This document shows positions 52,461-64,000 of a stretch of DNA of 64,000 nt, piece after piece. The DNA is from Octopus bimaculoides (taxonomy: Eukaryota): positions 82,369,673 to 82,433,672 of the forward strand of contig NC_068990.1 of the NCBI RefSeq assembly GCF_001194135.2, read 5' to 3'. The translations under genes and the position numbers were made by a program. A model generated the notes under the pieces. That model worked only from the letters and a program-made list of their open reading frames with translations, had not been told where the DNA came from and did no database searches. Each line of letters opens with the position of its first letter. Positions within the stretch are counted from its first letter, which is position 1.

Positions 52461-53260
52461 CAAAATGCAAAATCTTTTTTAGTGCACCATAAATTCAGGG
52501 TTTACCAATTCACTGTCAACACATTCTCTGAGAAATAATAAAATCCATTCACAATATACGTAATTAAATTATCTTAAATTATCTTAGTATTCCTCAGTCA
52601 CATGCACTCTTTCTGTCGTAGAATGTCTCTAACTCGATTTAATACACTACTTTGCCCTCTAATGGAATTAACTGTGCTGCAAATACTTGAGCTTGCCCTC
52701 TCATCTTATTTCGTCCAGTCTTGGAGAACCGGAAATAACCTCATCGTGCTTCACTCCTCCGTCGGCTCAGTCATCAGAAATAAAACTCTTTCTTCTATTC
52801 TTTTCAAAAATTACTAACCTTCAACTTGATTTGAGTTAGATCTGGCAACTATTTCTAGCTGTTCAAAACAGCTTCATACTTGACACGTGCTAGTGGTTTT
52901 GTCACCCGGCGTTCCGTTCAGGGAGGGGAAATGCTGTAATCTCAGTCACTTAGAGATCATGGAAATCGGGTAATCGGTCTTGTCAGTGCTAGAGGTCAAG
53001 CCAAAAAATATGTAGAGGTCTTTTTTGCTATATTACCGACCTCAGAAGAATGAAATGCAATGTTGATCATGGCTAGATCAGAACTCGAAATGTAAAGGGC
53101 ATTTTATCCGACACACTACTGATTTTGTCAGTCCATCACCCTGAACCACATTCACATTGGTTTCAAATTTTGGCACGAGGCCAGCGGTCTGCTATACATC
53201 GCCCTCTATTCGTTGTCGTTCAACTCTATACATGCCAGTTTGCACTAAACAGCAACTGCA

Positions 53261-53329
<69 letters not shown>

Positions 53330-54458
53330 TCTTCTTCTTCTTCTTCTTCGTCTTTTTCTTCTTCTTCTTCTTCTTCTTCTTCTTCTTCTTCTTCTTCTTC
53401 TTCTTCTTCTTCTTTTTCTTCTTCAACTAAACGATGACGAATGTGTTGCAATGTGTTAGAATAATTCGAATTTGCCCCGTTCCTTTTGTTCAGGTGAACT
53501 TTGCTTCTGATTATTTAAAATATCTCAGGAGGACGCCATCCTTGAATTAAATATATCTCGATTATCCGGAAGCCTACACAAGAATTCTTGTTGTGTGGAC
53601 AGTTTAAAATTAGTGAATTTAAAACGATTAAGTAGCTTACAGACGACATAGAATCATAGCGTCAGAGAGAAGGAAGGAAGTTGTACATGAACAATGAAAA
53701 CAGTGTTACTTGTCATCTGTATCTGGTTAGAGAGATCAGTAACAATTGAAATATGTCCTCCATTGGGGATTTTCAGTTATTTAATCGGAAATGTCCAGTC
53801 TCTGGTGAAATTTTTGGATGCCTGTCAGACGAAAACTTTTACACCGTATCCTTTAATTTGATATATTGTTATTATTACCGCTTTCCTTGTTTAACCCCTG
53901 GTCAACCCTGATCGAGAATGTTTCTGATCATAGTCATTGTAGCCATGACCATCTCATCTATTTTCTTTCTTTTTTTTTTTGCTCATTTTCCCCATTTCAA
54001 TGCTTTCTTTGTTTTCATTTTTAAGACACGGCTCAAAACAGTTTCATTTTGACACGTGTTAGTGGTTTTGTCACGTAACCCTGATCAACCTCAGTCAAGC
54101 AAGCCTTTCATCAAAAGTACTCTTGTTATGACTATCTCGTTTCCCACCACCACTGCCAAATACCCTGTACCTGAGACTATATTAATGTATCTTTCTTTTT
54201 ATGAGGTAACGTTGTAAATTTGTTAACATTTGACCAGGTAGAGGTGACTGTTTCAAGGTTCTCTCCTGACCTAGTAATTTAATTGCTTGATTGAGACAAG
54301 AAGCATCATTCATTTACCATGTTTTATTACCGAAAACGAAACTAAAACTACAGGATGTAACTGCAATCAACGGGAATAAAAAGCAAACAAATACAAACAC
54401 CCAGTTTTCATCGACACCAGAGACATAAGAATAAAACCCTCAGTTTGATAATCTAGAT

Positions 54459-54709
54459 CAGTAGTTCTCAATCAAGGATCCATATGATCCTTGGTGGTCA
54501 ATATAAAATTTTGTTAAAGATTATGTACAATAAATTGATTATACTTCTACAATAAACACGATATTTTAGCAATATTCTTATTTAATTCTTGATAATATTT
54601 AATTTCAAAAGTATAATAGTATTTTTAAACATCAAATCGCTGAGAGGATTCATGCGAGTAAAGTATGAACCAAAGAAGTCCGTAGATTGAAAATGGTTAA
54701 GAACCACTG
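54459..54709. mobile_element. hAT (Charlie-like) MITE, 251 bp
   Basis: TIRs CAGTAGTTCTCAATC / GGTTAAGAACCACTG. Left flank atctagat fits the NTCTAGAN Charlie-type target; right flank attaatat matches it 5/8. Confidence 0.65.
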
Positions 54710-56491
54710 ATTAATATGTTCAAAGTTTGTTCAGATTATGAATATTTCTTTTCGCATAATTTTACTACACCAGAGAATAAAGATATTATATTTCTTTATT
54801 TCAAGTTCCACATCTAATTATTTTGTTTTTTACCTCCAGAACAATCCACTCTTGAGTGCGTGTGGCCTAAACGTTCTCACGGTGTATGAGTTCCCAAGTT
54901 GATTCGTAAATTACAGGCTCACCACTCTGGTTCAAAAATACAGTGGCCTATGTAGTGGACTCATAAACGACAGAACCTTAACGTGTTGACTCGTAATCCA
55001 TATAGCCGTTCCTCTTCATTAATTCATAAACTATATGAACCTGTAAAAAAGGCACTCTTCTTTTTTAAATTGATACGTCTGGAGAACGGGCAGTACCCCA
55101 TGAGCTTTGCAGACCCTTCAGTACAGATAGGTATTAACAATATAATCTTTCTTGTTCTAGATATTCACTATTTGTTTCAGTTATAATAAGTATTCCCATT
55201 TGTATGACTTTAGCATTTCATAGGATGAAGACATTTACATTTCTCAAAGACGTTCGCCTTTATACATAGAAGTTAAATGTTTCTAAAACCCACATTCAAT
55301 TTATCTTTCTATAAATAGGTAAAACATCAAAACCGCCTGAAAGCGACACACATTTGGAGCAGTTGAAGGAGACAGATCTAGATTCGACAGCAACTATTTG
55401 TAGGTTCGTGAACCGAAACGAAGTATTTCGTTTACTTTATCAAGAGACAACACTGCCGCCGCTGCTTTAAGATAAATTCATGTTTGCTCCCTCTCCGTAT
55501 ATCCGGTCTCCCAGTTCACAATATATCTCTAAAGATTATCAGGATAATATTGTCACTATACAACAACGTGTACGGTAATGTGTAGTAATATGTATGTGCA
55601 TGCGTAGCGTGTTTGTGTGTACATCTGTGTATACATGAGTTCTTTATGAGTGTGTGTGTGTGTTTGCGTGTGCGCGTTTGTCTATGATTATATCTTCATA
55701 TGAATCCGTGTGTGTGTGTCTAGTGTACATTAATGCTTATCTAAAATGAAATTCTACGTGTGTGTTACTTTAATAAGCAGTCCTTATCTCCTTGTGTCTG
55801 TATCATACCATTTGGGAGCGCGTGTGTATGTGTGAATGCGTACGTGGTGCATGTGAGTGTATACGTCTATATACGAATGTGCATGCAAATATGTGTGTGT
55901 GCGTGCGTGTGTGTGCGTATGTACCTCTGTGTGTGCACATGTGAGTGTGTGTGTATTTCTCTGTACGTAGGTTCTTATCTTTACGTATTCTAAAATACCT
56001 TCTTCGTATATGTATAGTAGTATGACAGTAAAACCGAATCTGTGTAGATGAATATGTGATAACTTAGCATAGAGTTGATAAACAGCATACATACAAATAG
56101 ATATTTCTCTGGTATGCGTTTGTGTGGCAGCACAAATATGAGTACGATATTTTTTACCGGCGTAGGCATATGAAAATTGTATGTTTGTGTCAGTAACATA
56201 TATGTTTGTTTTGTCTGAACATGTTATATTTGTATATGTTGTGTACGTGCGTGATATTTGCTTATGCGCGTGTGTTGGTGAATGCTTGGTTTACTGTATT
56301 TGCAGGTGCTTGTATGAATTTATATGCAGCTTTGTATAAGTGTGAATAATGATTGATTTTCTGTATGTGATTGTATGATGAAAAAAGAAATATCTATGTA
56401 TGCATATGTATATGTACGCATTCATGTATATATAGACATGTATATTATAAATACAGAGAAAGAGAAAGAGACTATATATAGGTATACATAC

Positions 56492-56534
<43 letters not shown>

Positions 56535-57177
56535 TTGGCTCTCATTCTCTCTGTGCGTCAATGTACATATATATATATGCTTGTATATATACATATATGA
56601 TTATGGATGTCNNNNNNNNNNNNNNNNNNNNNNNNNNNNNNNNNNNNNNNNNNNNNNNNNNNNNNNNNNNNNNNNNNNNNNNNNNNNNNNNNNNNNNNNN
56701 NNNNNNNNNNNNNNNNNNNNNNNNNNNNNNNNNNNNNNNNNNNNNNNNNNNNNNNNNNNNNNNNNNNNNNNNNNNNNNNNNNNNNNNNNNNNNNNNNNNN
56801 NNNNNNNNNNNNNNNNNNNNNNNNNNNNNNNNNNNNNNNNNNNNNNNNNNNNNNNNNNNNNNNNNNNNNNNNNNNNNNNNNNNNNNNNNNNNNNNNNNNN
56901 NNNNNNNNNNNNNNNNNNNNNNNNNNNNNNNNNNNNNNNNNNNNNNNNNNNNNNNNNNNNNNNNNNNNNNNNNNNNNNNNNNNNNNNNNNNNNNNNNNNN
57001 NNNNNNNNNNNNNNNNNNNNNNNNNNNNNNNNNNNNNNNNNNNNNNNNNNNNNNNNNNNNNNNNNNNNNNNNNNNNNNNNNNNNNNNNNNNNNNNNNNNN
57101 NNNNNNNNNNNNNNNNNNNNNNNNNNNNNNNNNNNNNNNNNNNNNNNNNNNNNNNNNNNNNNNNNNNNNNNNNNNNN

Positions 57178-57221
<44 letters not shown>

Positions 57222-57577
57222 CGAGTATGTGTGAGCGAGCGTGCAAGAGTAAAGGTGAGAGAAAGAGAGAGAGACAGAGAGACTGAGATACAGAGACAGA
57301 GATATGACTATTATCTCACTTCTGTTAACTCTCTTTTTCTGTATATCTTTGTGTTTGTGGGTGCATACGTGCGTGTGCATATGTATGTGTATACCTGTGT
57401 GTTTGTGTGTATATGAGCGTGTGTGATTACGTTAGTGCTGTGCAACATATAACATTGTTGCCATGGTGATTATATGTATAACTACCTCCAATAGACAGGA
57501 AGCTAATTCTAGGTATATTTCTCGGCATATAACAATAGCTGTCTTCTTGCATGTGGTACATTCGTGCTTTTCTCTTT

Positions 57578-57818
57578 TTGTATGTATGTATGTATGTATG
57601 TATGTATGTATGTATGTATGTATGTATGTATGTATGTATGAATGTATGTATGTATGTATGCATGTATGTCTTATGTATGTATTTATGCATGAACGAACAT
57701 ATACATATATGTGTATATGCATGAATGTATGTACGTATGTATGCATACATGTATGTATGCATGTATGTATGTATATATATATGTATATATGTATGTACGT
57801 AGGTATGTACGTGCGTAC

Positions 57819-57916
<98 letters not shown>

Positions 57917-58025
57917 CCCTATGTATGTATGTACGTATGTATGCATGTATGCGTGTATGTACGTATGCATGTATGTACGTATGTATGACTGTATATATGT
58001 AAATATGTATGTATGTATTTATGTA
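57578..58025. repeat. (ATGT)n/(TA)n compound microsatellite; similar tracts at 21784, 27790 and 28488
   Basis: Seen directly. Confidence 0.95.
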
Positions 58026-58035
58026 TGGAAGCATA

Positions 58036-58128
58036 TATACTCTTTTACTCTTTTATGTGTTTCAGTCATTTCACTGCGGCCATGTTGGAGCGCCGCCTTT
58101 AGTCGAACAAATCAACCCCAGGACTTAT
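58036..58128 (-). mobile_element. SINE family B, 3' end only
   Basis: ctcttttactc...tttcagtcatttcactgcggccatgttggagcgccgcctttagtcgaacaaatcaaccccaggacttat. Confidence 0.75.
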
Positions 58129-60729
58129 ACGTTGTAATGGGTATGATAACAATGGGAAACTCGTAAACCGAACCACCTGTTAGCGTACAACCTTACAGAA
58201 GACTCTACCTACCCAGCTAATAGCCAGGAGCGACTCTGGATTTAATTATCCCTTAGAGGCATTAAACCCCTCTAACTCATACCTACACTATATATATACA
58301 TATATTTATCTGCCGACCTATTGATTATTGTAACTATATATTTGGCTAGCTTGATGAATTTCCTAGTATCTACCTTAGGTAATTAACAAGTTGCTAATCC
58401 GCGTGTAGTATCTTATAAGCATTACTTGAATAGATCTGAATCTTGAAACTCATGATTTAGTCGTATTAGCACTTACCGGGTAAATTCTTAACCTAAAACG
58501 ATCCTCACAGTATTTGGTTATTCCACTTCAGTATCTTTTTTATTCAGTTAGTGTTCCTATAATAAATTATTCTTCTTTTGTTATTTTGTTTTTAATGAGG
58601 AACTTGAGAAGAGGCCATGAGCAAAAAGCCGAAAAGTTTCTGGCGGTGCTTATGAAAGTATATTCTCGGTTTGTATTACTTCCGACCTCCCGCAAAATAT
58701 TAACTCACCAAGTTATAAAATGGCAGAAGGTTATTAAATAATACTCAAGCATGTAATAGAATGCTTCTCATGAGAAGTGTCTCAATGATATTGAAAATAG
58801 TAAGTGATATAAAATACCATTCTGGAATTTATTGCGTTTTCGCAATTCAGGAGAATCGTTACTTTTATTATCAAGAAATGTTGAATATAATATGAAAATC
58901 GTAGCCCCTTGAGCTCGAAAAGAAATGAGTTAATTTTGGTTAAATGGTTGCGCGTATGTATATGTTCATAGAGGCAGATAGCAAAATAACGGTATACGTT
59001 TTCAACGTTATGTGAAGCACAAGATAGTATTTGAATTATTGAATTCTATTTATTTAGCTCTGCTGTAAAGTGACTTTCTGGATTAAGCATTATATTATGC
59101 TTAATCTTGCTTCTGCAAGATTACATTTGTTGCCATTGTTATTTATACCACCAACTTAGCCGTAATAAATACCTGTGACCATTCGGTGTTTTATTCAGGT
59201 GTGTCGTATCTTGAGACACGTTATACATTGTAGCAGATATAACCGAGTGCAACATTTTCTTTTCTCCAGCTATGTCTGTTAATCAAGGTATGGGGTATTA
59301 AAAGAATGTTTTGTTTTCTTCTGAGACCTGATAACATTTTCTTGTTGATAAGCCGAGTAATCATGTTAAGGCCTCTTCATTATTTCACTGTACTAGTTTT
59401 GGTATAATTCTTGTGTTATAGTTACTATTGTTTAGCCTCAAGTGTAGCCTTGCGAGATGACCTATGATTAAAGATATTCAGTCAATATCTATCCTGTCAA
59501 TTGGTCTTTTTTAAATATAGTGTATCGCAAACATTTCCAATAAAACGGTATGATTTAACTTCTCACTGTTGAGGAAATCGTACCAGTGTCAAGATAACAG
59601 CTCAATTATTCTTTTATAGAACCAGTTAATGTGTTATATTTTTCATAGAGAAAATCCATTTCCAGTGCGATGTTTATATATATATATAACAGCAAATAAG
59701 TTACAGGATGTCAAGTATTGACATCCTGTTACTCATTTGATTTTATTCATCTTATTTTGAGCTGTGCGGATAATAGCGGACTGACTTGCTGCCTCAACGT
59801 AAGTATCTAATTCAACTGAATCTTAATTTCTTATACATATATATATATATAATGCAAGAGAGTTAGAGGTTGAGGATTCAACCCACTAAGGGATACTATC
59901 TATCCAATATACTGCTGGGAGGGTACCCAATTATTGTTACGCTAGTGTTATACCAAGTGTAATAAGTGGGTGCGGGTAAAGGGGGTTATTTTATCTTAAA
60001 TTTATATAGCAATAAGAAAATGGAGGAGAATATGCGGTATCCATTGTTAATATGGGATGGTATGTCATAAGCATCTGTATATTGTGGTTTTTGTCATTTT
60101 ATTTACAAAATAAACAAATTAATTCAATGGAATACACTGTCTGCAAGTCGATGGATACCACATATTCTCCTTCATTTTCTTATTGCTATATATATATATA
60201 TGTTACAGATAGTATTTCTTCGCATCCTGTACGGTTTTGGCGGTTATGCTCTTCAGGCTGAATTCTGTAATTCGTTTACAAGAAGCCAGGGAAATGTGCA
60301 AGATTGGATGCATTGCCGCTTACGTGACTGCATTTAGATTCGAACTCATGTTACTCTATTTGTAGATAGCTCTACTTTTCTCTGAAACTTTTAATTAAAA
60401 AAGAAAAACTAATTTACAGCAACACGAAACATGCTATATTTAATTTATTGCGTTAGATATTTAGTTAAAATATCAGGTTTCATATATATAATGTAGTTTA
60501 CGTCTTAAAAAAAAAATGAAATCAGCAAATTCAATCAATTACTTATAACAGCTAAAGTGTAAGAATATTCTCATCACCAACACTCTCATGACCGTCAGCA
60601 GATTTTGCACGCAAAAGAAAAGAGAGAGAAAAAAAATGTTAAAATGAATCTTTTTATTTTTATTTTAGTTATAAACAGAAATAATACGTTTTTTTCCATT
60701 CTGAAAACACTGCCAGTTTCTTAACTATC

Positions 60730-61365
60730 TCGAGAGGAAACGTCAAAGAATCGGAGTAATGCAGGTGTTTCTCTTAGCAGAGCATTCTTCGTTATCCTGG
60801 ATGTCCATATGTGAGGAGATGTGTTGGATATTTATCCAAACTAGCAGTAGTATAATATCCTTGATTCTGTCTCCCAACACGAATTCCTGGCTAGCTTTTG
60901 CACAAACCGGTTAATATTTGGTTCACTGATTCCTATATCGAAACATGGATTTACATCTTGGCTCAGAATGTTCCAGGTACTCTGCACTTAGGAGTCCGGA
61001 TCAGGTCGAAACATCTTGCCTTGCGATCCATCGACGTTCTGAGTAAAGCCTTGAATTTAAACACATTAACATCGTTGAGAAGTCTTCTCTTAGACAGAAT
61101 TTCATATCTAATGCCATTTGTACTCTTATATACACATTACAAATGTGTATACACATTGGCGTTTTTATGTAAGACTGTTTCAAATGAACGTATTAATTTA
61201 ATTCTAGTCCGGCCAGCTTTCGCACAAATCAGTAGTTTATCGTTTCCTATATCGGAACAAACATTTTCGGTTTGGATCAGAATGTCAAAGGTATTTGTCA
61301 TGACGCCGATCAAAGTGAAAACACCCTGTCTGGTAATCTATCGACGATTTGGGCGAGCTCGGTGA
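60730..61365 (+). mobile_element. Two tandem decayed copies of a segment resembling the C-terminus of a DIRS-like tyrosine recombinase
   Basis: Direct repeat 60889-61050 vs 61211-61358 (period about 322 bp, roughly two-thirds identical by eye). Translations ASFCTNRLIF..IPISKHGFTSWLR and ASFRTNQ.FIVS/FPISEQTFSVWIR resemble FR..RLF.S...PISK.TIS.WI; KHLALRSIDVLSKA resembles the AHSxR..S.A box. Confidence 0.35.
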
Positions 61366-61706
61366 GAAATTTTCTCCGGGACAAAATATTATAGCTGGTA
61401 CTGCTCTACTCTTGTATACATATTATTGATACTATAAACACCCGTACTAATTCAATGATTTAGTTGTGGACAGCCTTTTGTAGCTAGGTGCACACTGCCA
61501 CTAACTAGCATCTAATAGTCGCCACCCATATTCCATATTTTGTAAAAGAAAAAGAAATTATTGTTTTAATCAAATACAGATTAATTTTAAGCTGTGGTTA
61601 TTATCCATGTGCTTTTACATATACACCTTAAACCACTCTTTAGATATCTGTGTCAATAACTTCCCCATACTAAACTTGCATGAACATTACTGAAGAAAAG
61701 AACTTA

Positions 61707-62000
61707 TACAGGGTGTCGGACTAAATTTGACAGTTTGCATTGTAATTCATGGAATTACATACACTCCCACACACATCTATATAAATATACGTATTTGCGT
61801 ATATATGTGTAAATGTTTTCTCCATGACATTTACAAGCTCTTCGAGATCGATTGGCGGCGGCAGGAAAAATTCAAGTAAGGAGATAATAGCGGATGCAGT
61901 CATTCTGTAGACAAATGATTGAAGGTTATTGCAAGGCCTTGAATAAGGCGAACAAAATGGAGCGATGAGATGGGAAGAGGATGATGTGGAAGGAATACTC
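61707..62000 (-). mobile_element. Possible Tc1/mariner remnant
   Basis: TA|CAGGGTGTCGGACTAAATTTG is a Tc1-like terminus. Minus-strand SPYSRPCN (cf. SPDLTPCD) and FFLPPPIDLEEL (cf. VxxPPLPxDLxEL). Confidence 0.3.
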
Positions 62001-64000
62001 GAGTGGAAGTGTTAGGAGACAACTAGCTCATACGAATAAATCATTGTAGCAGAATCGACAAAGACAGATCAGTAAACGTCCAGATTGAGAAGTTTCTGCG
62101 CTAGAGTTTGGAGTGCGTTGGCAAACAATTTCATGCCTTTCTACTGTAGCGTGTTAAAAGTATGTGCTTTGAGATAAATCGTTGAATGACTTATTTACAT
62201 ATTTCTCAATGTTTCTGCATAAATATTCTAAATGTAAAGGAAACTTTTATCGCTGTCAGCAAATACGAGATAATAAATAAAAGATCAATTATTGAATGTT
62301 TGCTACAATGGATTATGTCACTTTTAAGCAACTTTATTCAAAACGTTCATTCGAATATTCACTTGTATAGACTTAATAGTGGCTTCATTACACTTATTAT
62401 ATCGCCATCTATTTGTCTACATTTATAATATTATTTTTCATTCGTTTGGTGAAATGGCAGAGTTGTTAGAGCGCCATACAACTCCAATATCTATTTTAGC
62501 TGACTGTACTCTGAATTCTAATCCTACCCACTTTCGCACTACTTTCTTTTGGTACTTTATTTTATCGATGGACGAGTTGCATGGTGATACCCAGTGTTGG
62601 TGTTCTGAGTGGCACTGTTAACCCGTCTTTCCGTTCAATGACACCATCAGGTTTACATTACGAGAGGATAACTTTCCCCACTCCTTCCACAAAACTCGGA
62701 GCTCTGTCTTTCAATAAATAATAATAATAATAATAAAATAAAGGGTCAAGTATGTTGCGTTTTCTTTGTCATTAAAAAGTAACATGATTGACCAGAAACA
62801 GTGATGCCAGCAAAAACCCCCTTTTCAATCTACTTGACAAAAGTGAGCATATTATAGGAGCCAAGAAAGTAGTCTCTACGTTCTCATTTGAAATACCACC
62901 CAAATTTCCTTCAAATCACATCTGCTAACTTATATAACAACACATTACTTAACGTAGGCATAAACATACCACAGAACAACAACAACAGTGACTTGTATTA
63001 ATTATGTATAAATGCATATACTTATATGTGTACTGATATATATATATATATATANNNNNNNNNNNNNNNNNNNNNNNNNNNNNNNNNNNNNNNNNNNNNN
63101 NNNNNNNNNNNNNNNNNNNNNNNNNNNNNNNNNNNNNNNNNNNNNNNNNNNNNNNNNNNNNNNNNNNNNNNNNNNNNNNNNNNNNNNNNNNNNNNNNNNN
63201 NNNNNNNNNNNNNNNNNNNNNNNNNNNNNNNNNNNNNNNNNNNNNNNNNNNNNNNNNNNNNNNNNNNNNNNNNNNNNNNNNNNNNNNNNNNNNNNNNNNN
63301 NNNNNNNNNNNNNNNNNNNNNNNNNNNNNNNNNNNNNNNNNNNNNNNNNNNNNNNNNNNNNNNNNNNNNNNNNNNNNNNNNNNNNNNNNNNNNNNNNNNN
63401 NNNNNNNNNNNNNNNNNNNNNNNNNNNNNNNNNNNNNNNNNNNNNNNNNNNNNNNNNNNNNNNNNNNNNNNNNNNNNNNNNNNNNNNNNNNNNNNNNNNN
63501 NNNNNNNNNNNNNNNNNNNNNNNNNNNNNNNNNNNNNNNNNNNNNNNNNNNNNNNNNNNNNNNNNNNNNNNNNNNNNNNNNNNNNNNNNNNNNNNNNNNN
63601 NNNNNNNNNNNNNNNNNNNNNNNNNNNNNNNNNNNNNNNNNNNNNNNNNNNNNNNNNNNNNNNNNNNNNNNNNNNNNNNNNNNNNNNNNNNNNNNNNNNN
63701 NNNNNNNNNNNNNNNNNNNNNNNNNNNNNNNNNNNNNNNNNNNTATATATATATGCTGTGTGTGTATATGTATATATGTATATAAGTATATATGTATATA
63801 AGTATATATGTATACATATATGTTTGTATGCATTTATATGTACTCATATATGTATATATATGTGTGTGTGTATGTGTGTGTGTATGCGTGAGTGTATATG
63901 CGTGTGTGTGTACTGAAGCATATATTATGTGGGTAATATTCGCAATCGAGACGTTACAATCGTACTTGATTCTTCAAGTGCTTCAATTCTTTGTGTGAAC

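Noticed and set aside
55403-55435. Half-hammerhead GGTTC-gt-GAACC-GAAA-CGAA..TTCG-TT
   Set aside because: No CUGANGA core and no helix I partner; either a dead relic or chance.

Overview
AT-rich eukaryotic scaffold with many N gaps and very dense microsatellites and SINEs. The repeat content looks like a coleoid cephalopod, probably Octopus; this is inferred from repeat families and was not database-checked. Only one convincing protein-coding segment is present: a phase-1 terminal exon (11117-12264, +) encoding two ankyrin repeats and a long S/T/R-rich tail, whose upstream exons are not visible. Almost all other ORFs in the track are microsatellite or N-gap artefacts. The rest is a transposable-element landscape: at least three tRNA-derived SINE types, a decayed Tigger/pogo transposase split by a SINE, mariner, hAT and TTAA-type MITEs, decayed non-LTR RT fragments and a possible DIRS-like tyrosine recombinase relic. 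The most interesting signal is three minimal type-I hammerhead ribozyme motifs with palindromic helix III, embedded in two small elements that have Penelope-like inverted-repeat architecture (16996-17371 and 26708-27326). No rRNA, true tRNA or CRISPR array is supported.
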